This document shows, piece after piece, positions 46,799 through 60,058 of a stretch of DNA of 64,000 nucleotides; within the stretch, counting starts at the first letter, position 1; the number at the start of each line of letters is the position of its first letter. Made by a program: the position numbers and the translations under genes. The notes beneath the pieces are model-generated. The model had not been told where the DNA came from, did not search any database, and saw nothing but the letters and a program-made list of their open reading frames with translations. This stretch comes from Amphiscolops sp. MND2022 (lineage: Eukaryota), in assembly GCA_964187785.1 (NCBI GenBank), contig OZ076411.1, forward strand, positions 75,950,001 to 76,014,000, given 5' to 3'.

Positions 46799-49700
46799 TC
46801 ATTGTGTGCATTCATCATTTGCATTGTGGAGGTCAATGTTCTTAATTGGTAGGCGTCTCAGCTTGCTGACAGGTCTTGTGAATTCACCGCGTGATGTTCG
46901 CACTAATGCCACGCGAGCTAAGCTATCGTGACCAAACTTCAATTGCGTCACTCGACCGATGCTCCACTGCAGTGGTGGAATGCCATCGTCTGTGATCAGC
47001 ACCACGTCATCAATTGAAAGGTTTGCACGCTCTTGTCGCCATTTGCCTCGCGGCTGAAGTGATGCTACATACTCAGAAGCCCATCGCTTCCAGAATTGGG
47101 AGAGTAGCTGTTGAAGAGCGCGAAATCGTTTTGCTGGATGCCCGCGGGCATCCATCGTCTGCAAACAGGGCTGTGGGATAGCATCCGATCGGCTGCCATT
47201 GACTAGCATTGACGGGGTCAGTGCAAAGATGTCATCCGGGTTGTTTGTGAGAGCCATCAAGGGACGATTGTTCAAGACTTGTTCTATTTGGCATAGAATG
47301 GTTGTTATCTCCTCGTAAGTGAGAATGGAGTTGCCCATGACTCTACGCAAGTGGTGCTTCATCAACTTCACCGCTGCTTCCCATAGTCCGCCGAAGTTGG
47401 GTGAGCGAGGAGGAATGTAGAGCCATTCAATGCTGCTGTATGATTGTGCCCCAGCCTTGGCCATCTTCTCCAATTCGTTGAGGTCACGCCTTGCACCCAC
47501 GAAGTTTGTTGCGTTGTCGGACACAATTTGACTGGGGATGCCTCGTCTTGCAATGAATCGTCTCAGAGCTGCCACCATCGCATCGCATCTGACGTCAGTG
47601 ATGATACTGCTTCTAAGTGACCAGCCTTTGATGCACAACATACAAAAACTGCTATATAACCTTTGACGCTGTCATTTCCACTCTTCAATGTTAGAGGTCC
47701 TGCGAAATCTAGGCCTACACAGGGGAAGGTACGTTCGGGAGCCTCAATGCGACTTGAGGGCAAGTCACCCATGAGCTGCTGCGTTGGCCCTGAGTTGAAG
47801 CGGAAGCACGTAACGCACTTCTTGATGCACGCTGACGCCTTCTTCATTGCCTGAGTCACCCAGATTTGCCGTCTCATTTCTGCCACTGTTGCTGTGGGAC
47901 CACCATGAAGGGTTCCTTTGTGGGCATCGTTGATTGCAAGTGTGGCCAGTATGCTTCGGTGAGACACCAGTAAAGGGAACCGATGATCGTCAGTCATTGA
48001 GTACCCGTGGGCCAATCTGCCGCCGACCCTGATGACGCCGTTGTCCATGAATGGATAGAGGGGTGCTATTGAGCTCTTGGGGTTGATCGAGTCACCATTT
48101 GAGAGGGCTTTGAACTCGGCTTCGAAGTGTACCATCTGATCTGCTTTGACCACCGCATACAAGGCGAGCGCCATTTCCTCCCGGCCAAAGATCGTCTTGA
48201 GATCTTTCTTGAATGCTACTTTGCAAATGCACAGTGTTCTTAACAACTTCACTAGTGAGTTGAAATTGTCCAAGTCTACTAACGATTTACTGGGCGAAGT
48301 TAGCACCGTGCTAACTTCGCCCAGTAAATCGTTAGTAGACTTGGACAATAGTCCACGTGGACAATTCTTGGAAGCCCGCCAAGAAGTCAAAACATTGACA
48401 GTGACTGTCAATGTTTTGACTTCTTGGCGGGCTTCCTCCTTTGTGAGGAGAGTCTGAGGTTGGTCAGGAAATGATGATCCCAACCACGATGGCCCTTGAA
48501 ACCAGAACGTCTGCTGAGCCACCAATTGCGTTGCTAGCAGTCCCCGTGAGCACAGATCTGATGGGTTTTCCTCTGAGGGTACGTGAATGAATTCAGTTGT
48601 TGGGAGCATTGACTGAATTTGGGACACGCGGTTTGACACAAATGTATGCCATCGAGCAGGGTCTGCCTTGATCCATGCGAGGGCGATTGTTGAGTCTGAG
48701 TACAGCACAGAGATGTTCAATGCGTGCTTCGATTTGGATAGTGCCCCCTTGACTGCTGTTGCAAGTTTGGCACCAGTGTGAATTGCCAAGAGCTCGAGTC
48801 GAGGGAGAGTTGAGGGTTTGATCGGAGCCACCTTGCATTTGGAGGAGATGAGGGTTGAGGAGACGATGTCATCTTTGACTGACACAAAATAGACACAGGC
48901 ACCTTATGCCTTTTCCGAGGCATCACAAAAGACTTGCAAGGATGCTTCGTCGTACAAGTGGATTGGTAGCACCTTCCGGGGTATCTTGAATTGTGATAGC
49001 GAGCCCATGCCATCTTTCCAGTTTGTGTATGCTCGTGACACATCGTCTGGGACTGTATCGTTCCACTCAAGATCCAGCTTCCAACACGACTGAATGATGA
49101 TCTTGGCTACTACGAGAACTGGAACTATGAAGCCAATTGGATCAAAATGTTTTGAAACATCACTGAGTAAAGTTCGTTTGGTAATGATTGAAACATACTC
49201 ACTACTACATGCGTACACAAAGTGATCCTCTAGAGGGTGCCACGTCAGTCCAAGTGTTTTGATTTGATGGAATTTGTCGTTGATTTCATAGGCTTTACCT
49301 TACCAGCTTCCTGAAGATCTTTCCGAAGACGAGTGACCAGTTGGGGTTCATTGCTGCTCCACTTGCGTAGTGGGAGACAGTTCTTGTTGAGGGTTTCAAT
49401 CAGATTGTCTTGAAGCACGCATGCTTCTTCCAGTGTATCAGCACCACTAAGTAGATCGTCAACCCAGAAGTCATTGAGAATCACATTCACTGTGTTGGGG
49501 TTGGGCCCGTTTGTTTTACCACTCTCTTGAAGTGCTCGGGTTGAATGGTAGGAGGAGCTGGCAACACCGTACGTCACACGGATCATACGCAATTCTCGGA
49601 CCTCATCTGTCACGTAGTCACGCCACAGAATTCGATGAAAATTACAATCTGATTCGTCTAGAGCCACTTGTCGGTACATTTTTGCCACATCTGCTGACAA

Positions 49701-49823
49701 GGCATATTGGTGTAGGCGAAAGCGAATGAGAATATCAAACACATCGTCCTGCAAGCGGGGTCCAAGCAATAGGCAATCGTTCAGCGAGTTGCCATTTGGG
49801 GATTTGCTGCTGGCATCGAACAC
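46799..49823 (-). pseudogene. pol: BEL/Pao pol (RT, RNase H, integrase), frameshifted
   Basis: FDASSK...ADVAKMYRQV...WVDD; FCDASEKA; LPRLEL; YSDS; GLDFAGP; IVSDNATNF; GGLWEAAVK; WKRWASEY. Confidence 0.95.
48265..48436. repeat. Adjacent perfect palindromes inside pol (42-bp and 33-bp arms, with a 12-bp palindrome between them)
   Basis: 48265-48349 centred on 48307; 48370-48436 centred on 48403; GTCCACGTGGAC at 48351. Confidence 0.92.
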
Positions 49824-49960
49824 GACACGGAGCTTGGTCGTTGTGCTATCCTTGAAAACACAGTGATGGGGTAACTAGTAACACAAGCCTGAAGTCTGAG
49901 GAGCTTCTTCCAAGTGACCCATGTCTACAAACTCCTTGATGAAGTCACGGTACTGCTGCT

Positions 49961-51970
49961 TCACATCACCGTGATCCTTGAGTTTTCGCTCCAAAGCGAA
50001 CAATCTCTGCTTTGCTGTGTGAAAATTATTGAGGGACGTGCCTCAGACTTGAAAGGGAGACGAACTGTGATGCGCCCGTCATCTGCCACATAGGTCGTGG
50101 TATCGTAATGTTCCTCACATTGACGATTTTCTTTAGACATCGGCTTCACTCGAGGAATCTCTTCAACTTCCCAAAAGCGAGTGAGGTCCAGTTCCACTGC
50201 AACTTGAAAGGTTTGACATTGGTAGGCATGCACTTGGGACAACACTCCAATGACCACCCAGCCAAAGATAGACTTGCGATAGTGAAGCCCATGATCCTTC
50301 TTCCTCTCGTCCAGAAAGAGATCCTCGTACACATCCGCGCCCAACAGCAATTGAACGGGGCCAGGTTGATAGAACTTTTTGTCTGCTAGTGCTACACTTT
50401 TCAATGACTTTAAATGTTTTAAATTTATTGATTGAGAAGGTATATTACCTGCAATTGAGTTCAGCACTAGTGCGGTAACAGGCAACTTTTGTGGACCCAC
50501 CAGGAGACTGACAGACTCCTTGGCTGCTTGTTGCCGTCCACCAATCCCAGAGATCTTCACGTCTACTGTTGAACGTGCAAGATTGAGTTTTGATGCAGCG
50601 TCTGCGGTGATGAAGGATGTTTGAGACCCAGAGTCCAGCAGGGCTCGGAACATCAATGTCTTTCCAGCTGTGTCGTTTATGCCAACCGTTGCTGTTGACA
50701 GAAGCACAGATGGACCACTGAATGCTGCACCACTCGTCACACCACCTTGCTGCTCGACTGGACGATCAAAGTGCAGTGATGTATGATGCCTCCCGTTGCA
50801 GGTGCGGCAGCTAAACTTGGATGGACAGTCAGCCACGAAATGCCGCCCCAGACAGTTCATGCACAGTTCGAGCTTCCTCACCACTGTCTTTCTCTCACGT
50901 GTGCCCAACTGCTTATTGCGATCACACTGAGAAATTGAGTGAGACCCATTGCATTCTTTCATCTGACAGCTTGCTGAGTGTTCAACAGTTGAGGGGTATG
51001 CTTCTTGAAGCACCTTCTTGGGCGTCGTCTTGGGGACGGAAGCCTCATGCTGGTTGCCGCTTGATTCAAATGCACGGCTTCGTCTATCCATGAATGTAGT
51101 TAACTCCTTGAATGTTAACACATCTGTGCCATGATGAGCCAATTCAAATTGCTTCCTCGCCTCAGCATCAAGTTTCTCCAGCAGCCAGTACACAAGTATT
51201 GCATCCCATTGATTGACAGGAAGCCCTAAGGCTTCTAGTGCTTGCAAATGTTCATTAGTCGACTCCAGTAACTTGCGCAGTTCGACACTTGACTCCTTCT
51301 TGATGGCTGGTAGGGCATGAATTGCCGCCAAGTGCGCCTTCACGATTGATCGCTTGTTGTTGTAGCGCTCCTCTAACTTACGCTTGGCGATGTCGTAATT
51401 GGTATCAGTGACCAACAAAGATGAAACTATCTGAGCTGCATCACCCTTCAGTGACGACTTGAGGTAGGATAGATTCTCAACGTTGGTCATGTCACGTTTG
51501 CTGTCAACCAGAGTTGTGAATTGGTCCCAGAAAGAGACCCACTAAGTGTATTCACCGCTGAATGAAGGAAGGGTCAGCTTGGGGAGCTTGGTCGTCAGAC
51601 TGCCACTTGATGGAGCCGTCGCGCCGCTTATGCTTGGAGGCTGCATCTCCTTTATCTTGCCCTGACACCACTTCACAGCCCTTTCGGCTGCCATGAACAC
51701 GTCAGCCGCTTCCTCCACATCGGCTACTAGTTCATCGTCGTCATCAATGAGTTGTTGGATCTGCGGATCCAACTCTGTCAGCATCTTGCGACGATCAATC
51801 AGGAACTCCAATGTGGCTTGAACATCCTCGAGCGATCCACCAGCTTGCCGGATTGCTGCTGCCCGTCTTGTGAAGACGCCGCGATGAGCCCCTCTTGACC
51901 GTTTGAGCTGAGGCACCTTCATCTCACCACCAGAGCCGTCTGAACCTCCTGATCCATCTGCTGTTGACAT
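49961..51970 (-). pseudogene. gag: BEL/Pao gag-protease with one in-frame TAG (51542-51544)
   Basis: LPKLTLPSFSGEY*; LSYLKSSLKGDA; CMNCLGRHFVADC; CRTCNGRHHTSLH; ALLDSGSQ. Confidence 0.93.
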
Positions 51971-51986
51971 CACGTCGAGGTCACCA
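51969..51986 (-). promoter_or_regulatory. Primer-binding site, tRNA-Trp type
   Basis: TGGTGACCTCGACGTGAT, 17/18 to the classic tRNA-Trp PBS TGGTGACCCCGACGTGAT. Confidence 0.8.
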
Positions 51987-51987
51987 A

Positions 51988-52496
51988 TGTTTTGGGGGTA
52001 GCTCTCAAGCTAATACGGAGAAACTCAAAGATAGAGTTCAAGCTAAAGATTGAGGTCTTGTTCTCAAACAAGAAGACTAAGATTGATAACGTTTATTGAC
52101 AATTTCTTATCACGGTAACGGTATGAATATATATGAGTGAGTTTAGAGACAATAGTGGGGAACTGGTTGTTAGCAGGTTGTTAACCAGCAAATTAGGCAT
52201 TTAAAGCCAAAGGGGCAACAAAAAGGTCTCAACTGGTTGTTTACATGTATGTAAGAACAACGTTTACAATAGTGAGCAATGGGTGGTAAACATTGTACAT
52301 GAAATGAGCAATGTAATTGCTGTCAAGCAAAGTGATTGATCAAAATTAAAGGTGAGAGAATAAATAGACAAAGAAACTAAATAGAGAACTGTCGCAGATT
52401 CGAGCTCGCGCAGACCGGTTCGAAGACAAAGACTGATCCACTGAGCTAAGTGGACTAATAATTACTGCGCGATCATTGTGATGTCATGCGCCAACA
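51988..52496 (-). repeat. 5' LTR of BEL copy 2
   Basis: Matches 45465-45973. Confidence 0.95.
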
Positions 52497-53684
52497 AACA
52501 TATCCTTATCCTGTACACAATGCTTGCAACTCCATCTCAACTAACTATACCTAAACATAGAAACATACATTCTATTACTTAAGATGTCAAACCATATCTA
52601 AATAGCATTATTTTTCAGTACGCAAATCCTAGTCCATTTGAAAGAGAAGAACATTCTATACATACAATTTTGTTGATATGAGAAAATCTTGACTCATACG
52701 TATAATACATTCGATATAAAACATTGGATATTGATACCCCGCAAAACCCATTTCAAATCTTATAACCCTGTTCAAAACCTTAATACTGGAACATATTATA
52801 GAACCATCCATCCGCAAAGTTTTCCAAATACAATTCAAGATGTTTTTGTTACATTTTTGAATAAATTAATAGAACACAATGAAAATCTAGAACATTCTCT
52901 ATACAGACCTTCCTTTTTAGAAAGTTTACGAGAAAAAAGCCATTATTTTGAAGTATAGCACATAGAAACAAAAATAAAACGCCCAAGCAATCCTCACTAT
53001 TGGTTACAATAAGATATATTACAAATAACTCAATTCCAATACAGATTTTGTCAGAATATGACATTCATTGAAGATACTATACCTCAAATAAAAGTTTATT
53101 CTCATTTTCTTCCCTAGTTCTTTAAATTTAATTACCGACTTTTATGGGAAGAACAAAATCAAGCTGCTCTTAGAAATTTCCCACAAACTTTAACAGAACT
53201 ACTAACTTTTATCATTCATGCAGAAAACAAACACCCTTCTACATAGATCCTACTCAACTACATAAACCTTGTTTTGGGAATGTCTCGTTTTATCCTAATT
53301 TTTCCTTGAACATTCTTAAATGTCCGATAGTAGGCTTCATATATCTTCGGATACAGGTATTGAAAAACCGTATTACGATTATAAAATCACTACACCAGAA
53401 GCCGAACAATTTGAAGCTCTTCATGACTCACAACACATCTTCCATGATACACATCAGAGAGTCAATGAACTCCTAGAACCTATTCAACAAGATCCAAATA
53501 CACTCACTCTTGATAATACCACTCTTCCGGATGAAAATTATACCCATGAAACAATACTGATACTCCTAGCTTTACAGTTACTACAGACTCCAATATTCCC
53601 AAAATTCCTACAACACAACTTGAAGAGAAAACCAACGATAAGGAAACTACTTCAATACAAAATGATTCCGCATTTATAAGTACA

Positions 53685-54305
53685 AACAAGACGGGAACGT
53701 CTAAAGTCGGCGCTATATCTAAGGCTCGAGAAGCGCAAAGTTTTCTAAATGTGCTCAGGACGTATTCATGAAAAGCTTTGAAAACACTTTCGAGACACCC
53801 AAAGTGTGCCTTTCATGCTCGATATGACTGAAAATCACTGTTTCCCGACATGGAACAAACTAAAGTTTGAAAATTTTTTTGAAAAATTATTTTTGAAAAA
53901 AACTTCGAAAAGGTCACATAGTGCCAAAAAAGGAAAAGGGGGACCCTTTGGGATTCGTTAACATACATTCTGTTGCAAAATATCAAAAAAATTGAAGGGG
54001 TACTCTTTTGAGACCTTGGAAAAGTTTCGAAAGAAAATTCGCACAGTGCCGAAAAAAAATTGAAAGGAGGGACCATTCAGTCTCTTCCGGTTTTATAGGT
54101 TACGTAAAAAAGGTCAAAAATGAAAGGGGGACCCTTTGCACTAAGTTTCCATTGGTCTGACTTGGCCTGAGTAGTCTCATCAGTTTCTGTAAAAAGTGGT
54201 ACATACGCGATGAGCTCTGTGGTCTGACGAAAAAAAAAAGAAAAAGAAACTAGCCACAGTAATGATCGGGCTTTTTGCCTTAAAGGAAAAAGCGTCGACT
54301 AAAAA
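53685..54305. mobile_element. Short non-autonomous interspersed element with subterminal inverted repeats
   Basis: AGTCGGCGCT (53705) versus AGCGTCGACT (54291); internal GAAAGG(G)GGACC repeats; higher GC than the flanks. Confidence 0.45.
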
Positions 54306-54724
54306 TACTACTACCAATCAACCACAAACACTTCCACAACAAGTCACACGTTCTTTTGATCCAACTTCAACACCTCCTCAATTTTCTTCACATACTACTT
54401 CTCATAATTCTTCACAACAAGGCTCTTCAAACATGCATATTGTACAACTTGTTCCTCAAAATCAATCTCAACAATTCACCCTTCGTACACCACCATATAC
54501 TCCAGCTCAAACTTCTAATGTACAATCGTAAACGTTTATAATAAATACAATCCATACTAAGTCACGAGACCATCCAACTACTTCTAGAACACTTTCTAGA
54601 CTTCAATTACCTGTTATTCCAAACAATCCACTCTCGTACAATTTAGCAAGCACGCACTAACGCAAATAATGTTCAACAACCCACTCAATCCTCAGCATCT
54701 CTGTCACAACCTACTTCTCTTCAA

Positions 54725-56331
54725 ATGAATTCACTATCTACTTCTCAAGTAGCACAATTTCCTTCAACTACTATACAAACTAACCCACACAATTACACAA
54801 CTAAAACCATTTCAAACATTGGTACACAAACTATACAACATATACCTCCCACTTCCAATGTTAATTATCCTACAACATCTTCTTCTACACTACCTCTCGC
54901 TACAATATCAAATCCAACTTATATAGATTCTTCAGCTTCTATATCTGAACCTGTAAAACCCTTTGATGGCCTCAATCATAAATACACACCTGAAGACTAT
55001 TTACAACACATTGAAGCACGTGTTACATTTTGGCAGGAATTACAACCTTCAACTGAACATGAATAAAAATTCTGGCACGCTCGACACGTGGCTTTTCTAC
55101 AATGCTCTTTGACTGGTACAGCCCTTTGCTGGTATATCCGCCTAAATGACACTTGTAATCAAGACTGGTCCGCAATTGTACAAGCATTTAAAAACAATTC
55201 TTCTCTCAAAAGAATGCAAACTACGCTCAAGTTGAAGCTCTTACACTAACCAAAAAGGACGATGAGACAGTACGTCATTTTGCACTGAAAGTTCAACAAC
55301 TAGTGCAATGAAAGTGTCTGCAAATGAAAGTGATGCAATGAAAGTGTCTCTACAATAAATCTTAAACGTAACGATTTTTTCAACCAAGGATTACAGACAA
55401 AATCTCGGAGACTTTGTCCATAAAATAGAAATCAAACACATTTCTACTATATTAGAACCTTCAATACCCTTTCACACATTTGTTGAACTTGTTGACGCTG
55501 ACGATATAGCAAATGACAAAATTCGTACCCATGATCTCACCTTAGAACTGAACAATAATACAAATCAGTTACAACCGTAAACTATAGAACAACAACCAGA
55601 ACAACGTATGTTTACTCAACCCAAAGATCCCAATAATAAAATAAAACCTGCTTACAAAAAACATTGCTCCTGTTGTCATAGAACAAATCACTCTATTCCA
55701 TCATGTTTCAAAAAACATCGAGTTGATGGTGATTGAAGAGAAGCCTATGCAATATCGAAATCTCCACAAAACTCTTTTGTACAATACTTTCGTTGAAACT
55801 TTAATGATAGAACAAAACGAAAGGATGACTGATGAAATGAATATTACAACCGACAACATAGTCGAAGTACATAACGAAACAACTATTATACAAAAAAACT
55901 TTTCAGAGAACAGATTTCGTTCTACATCACGAGATCAAAATCATTATGACAGAAGGATTACTCCTCAAAATTATACACGTTCTCGATATGATAACTATAG
56001 ACAAGATTCTAGATCTTATCGTTCTCCTTATAGAACACACAGATCACCTTATAGACGCGTTTCTCGTCCTAGATATAGATCACGTTCTTATTCCAGAGAC
56101 AACAATTTTACAAAATTTTCTTCTTCTTATAGACCTCCTTCAAGACTAAGAGATTCTAGATATTGTATATCCAGCGCTCACTCTAATACAAGAAACAACC
56201 TTAATAGAGTACAAACCCAATCGATAAGGGACCCTCTTGAATTTGAAGTACACATGTACCACCCTACAGAAATGGCTAATGCCTTGATACCTACCAGTTG
56301 GTTCTACTCACTATATTTACATACTTCTTAA
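54725..56331 (+). pseudogene. gag: Gypsy gag fragments (capsid-like start, CCHC knuckle, Arg/Ser-rich tract)
   Basis: KPFDG...PEDYLQHIEAR; CSCCHRTNHSIPSC at about 55665; RSPYRRVSRPRYRSRS. Confidence 0.75.
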
Positions 56332-56343
56332 AGACACAAATAA

Positions 56344-56727
56344 TCTGATTACCCATCACGACTAGAAATATCTTTCTTTTTAGAAAATGGTGCTTCTATT
56401 TCAGTACTCAATTATCCAACTTATGTTACAATAACAAAACTTCTGAATATAGCTAGCAGTAACACCACATTTAACTCTTCCAAAACACTAACAGTTGCTA
56501 ATCAAACAGACGTTCCTATGTTACATTATATAACTCTTACACTGACTACAAACATTGATGACATATCTCGCCAATTCAGATTTCCATTTGCAGTAGCTGA
56601 TATAAAATACAATATACTTGGCACTCCATTGTTCGAAGAATACATACGAAATATCAATATACACAACTTTACATTACAATTTAAACACCACCCAAGTGTT
56701 TTTCCAAATTCCACAAAATTCACATAA
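56344..56727 (+). pseudogene. Gypsy aspartic protease, degenerate
   Basis: ISFFLENGASISVL (a D[S/T]GA remnant) and YNILG. Confidence 0.7.
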
Positions 56728-57485
56728 CTCTTATCAAAAGACTATCCATACTTCTCGTACATTTATAGAATCATTTCTGAAACGCAAATTCGTCTGAAAC
56801 CAAATTCATCCGAAATGGCTCATTTTCCTATCAAGAATCACTACAACGTTCATCATTTCTCAACAACACTAAACAATCCATTTTTTCCTACTGTACTTCA
56901 TTCCTATTTTTCCACCAAAATTCGTACTAAATTTAACTTCCTTAAAACTTTCACAAATGACAAACCAGATGCATGCGCCACTATTATACAAAACTCTACA
57001 AATCACGTTGCTACTCTTCCTACTGGAAACATTGGTTACATTGAAGTTCCTATTAGAAATGAAAAACCTAAATTTTATCAAGTTCATGACATAAACTCGT
57101 TAGTAAACAGGGTTGCTCATACATACCATTCTGAAATTCCAAAACCTATTGTACCTACGAAATATTATGAAGATACATTATATTACCCACTGTTTTCACT
57201 AAACCTGATTTATATGACAGACTCATCTATAACACCAAATATACCTAATTCTCTTTGTAACAACCAACCTTTCTCTGATACTACAAAACTACGTATCTTT
57301 CTTTTTCTTCCCTACACAAAAGAAAATCTCAAATTTATAAAAAAAATTCAACTTCCAATTTTCTGAATTAACGGACGTTGAATATATAACGCTTTGTAAC
57401 TTATTAATAAAACACAAATGTTGTTAAGCGACACATACAAATGACGTAGAAAAAATTCTACTCCATTCCGTATACGACAAAAACC

Positions 57486-58800
57486 TTATGACCAACTTAT
57501 GACAAAACGTCCACCTAAAGTTCTAATACAGTATAGAGACAAATTGAACGCTCTTCCTAAAGAACTTGAATAACATAACATTCTTAAACAAATTGGTTCC
57601 TCCCCGGATGAGAAAACCAATAATGGTACTACTTGTTTGAATCCACTCATTATAATACCCAAAGGCGACTCTATCAAATGTGTATTAGAAGCTCGACACC
57701 TCAATTCTAACACAGATCAATCTGACGAATCTTGGGCTATTGAACCCATTGCTCCCAAACTTGCACGCGCAATCAGAAAGTACAAATGTGCAATAGACCT
57801 TATGTACGCATATGGTCCATACTCCCCTTGATGAAGAAACAATCAAACAATCAAACTTCTTCGGGAGACAAACTTTTTGCTTTTATACGAGGCTTTCATG
57901 GTCTCAAAGGTCTTCCTATCATCTTTACAAAACAAATGTCATCAGTCTTCGAATCACTTATTGAACAAGGTTTTGCATATGTCTACATTGACGATATCTT
58001 ACTCCTTTCTAACTCTGAAGAACACATGTTAAAACTTATTGAACAACTTTACATACCTAGCACAAAACACAACCTCAAATTGGCTCCAGAAAGTCATTTT
58101 TTATGCTACTCAAAGTCAAATTTCCTGGACTTGAAATTGGTTATAACACAATAAAACCCATTCATTCAAAAATTGCTGCTATTCACAAACTTCCATCTCC
58201 TACTGGTAAAATTGTCCTTATGAGTTTCATAGGTGCACCAAATCTTTATACAGAATTTATTGAAAAATTACAAATTGTTCTGAAACCTTTTTACGATCTT
58301 TTACACGAAAACACTCCAAGGAACTGGACACCTGAACATGAATTTTTACTTAACAAACTAAAGTCTTCTCTCATATCTGACACCGAACTTGCAATACCCA
58401 ATACAAATTATCAATTTTTTTAATACTGTTGATGCTTCCTTAATCGGACTAACTGCAGTCCTCTTCCAACGTAATTAAGAAAACAAAATGAAAGTAGTTT
58501 CATACAACTCTCGATTTCTTAATCCCCAGGAACAAAAACTATCCACACTAGATCGTGATCCCCTTGGTATTGTACACCCACTACACTTTTATGAATTTCC
58601 TATTATTGGATCTCCACATCCAGTACATCTTTTCAGAGATCACAAACATCTCTTACCTTGTTTCACAAAGAAAGGTACTCTCAGCCCCGATTTCATCCTG
58701 CTCAAATGCAATTAACAAAATTCTCCAAACTTGAAATTATTCACACACCAGGTAAAATTCTTTCTGTTGCTGACATGATCAGTCGCTCTCTCACAAAAAC
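57486..58800 (+). pseudogene. pol: Gypsy reverse transcriptase and RNase H
   Basis: NPLIIIPKGDSIKCVLEARHLN; YIDDILL; TVDAS; VSYNSR; DHK. Confidence 0.9.
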
Positions 58801-59379
58801 TGAACTTCAAATTAACCATTTCAAACAGAAACAAATACCTCCACAAATTGATTTTGCTATTTTACAAAATAACACTCTTCAACACGTACAGTACCTGATC
58901 AAACATTCTCATCCTATCCTCGCTGATTGTGGCACAGACCAATTTTCAATACGTATGGATGATAAAGGCAACGATGTCATTATTGAACCTTTAGACTCCT
59001 TTTTGTATCAGTTACACCTTTCCAATCCAAATTGAAAACACCCATCAAGAAACACAAAAAATCTCTTCACCAACAGGAACACCTCTCAAAACTTCGCTTT
59101 TACCTAATGATACTGACGTCATCAGTGATGATGAAGATCACATATACGCAAGAATCCCAAAAGATTCAACACCTTTTATGCCTGACTTTACCCTTACTTC
59201 TGAAAACTTTTCTACAATCACAAAACTAAGTCCCTGATACTCCCTCTACAAATGCAATTGAAACAGAATATCAACTTTTCAACACATTGTTCACAAACCA
59301 TTCCATTGAATGACCCATCATTTTTTAAATACAAAAATTATTTTCAAGCTTTTTTGTACCAGACGACTACTCGTTAGAT

Positions 59380-60058
59380 ATACTAACCCTTAAACAACAA
59401 CAGACACAAGATCCATTACTCAAATCAGTGTTTTCTTGGATAACACAGAAAACTAAACCAGACTCTTAAACACTCCAAAGTACTGGTACTCTATTTTTAC
59501 ATCCTTATTATAGAATTTTCTCACTATTATAGAATTATTGGGCTTACCAAGTCCACACGTACGCTTATGACCACAATTCAAAACCTCTTTCTTCCTTAAA
59601 TGTTTCTCCTCATGAAATTGACTTTCACACACGTTCTGGAATTCCACTCACATTTGACTTAAACCTTAATCGAGACGCCAACAAAACATGTACTTCATAA
59701 AATTGTTGTGAATTACCTGAACACTTTCACTATGATAAAACTGATCTCAATCCAATTTTATAGAACACTTTCTAAACCTCTTTCTCAATGGTTCCTCGCT
59801 GTAGAAACAGCTATGTTACAAATTTTTTCTACAGTATATGAATATGCAGTACGTGAAATTAACTCTCAAGCCTACATTACGAAAACCTACCATGAAGGAA
59901 AACCTCTTACTCTCGGAAATTTTGTACTCAAACGTGATTTTTCACCAGTTCATTTCATAAACAATTTTAAACCGCTTCCGATTGGTCCAAATAAAACACT
60001 TGATAGACTTTCAGATGTAACCAATGAACTTCTTTCTCGAGATGGTTCCCCGTTTTGA
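59380..60058 (+). pseudogene. pol: Gypsy integrase remnant; catalytic core appears largely deleted
   Basis: QDPLL..V..W start joined to HNSKPLSSLNVSPHEI, then a GPY/F-like tail KPLPIGPNK. Confidence 0.6.

Larger units (their letters stand above)
45465..52496 (-). mobile_element. Full-length BEL/Pao LTR retrotransposon copy 2
   Basis: Two 509-bp LTRs (about 8 differences), TSD-like GACAT/AACAT, PBS, gag-PR-RT-RH-IN order. Confidence 0.97.
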
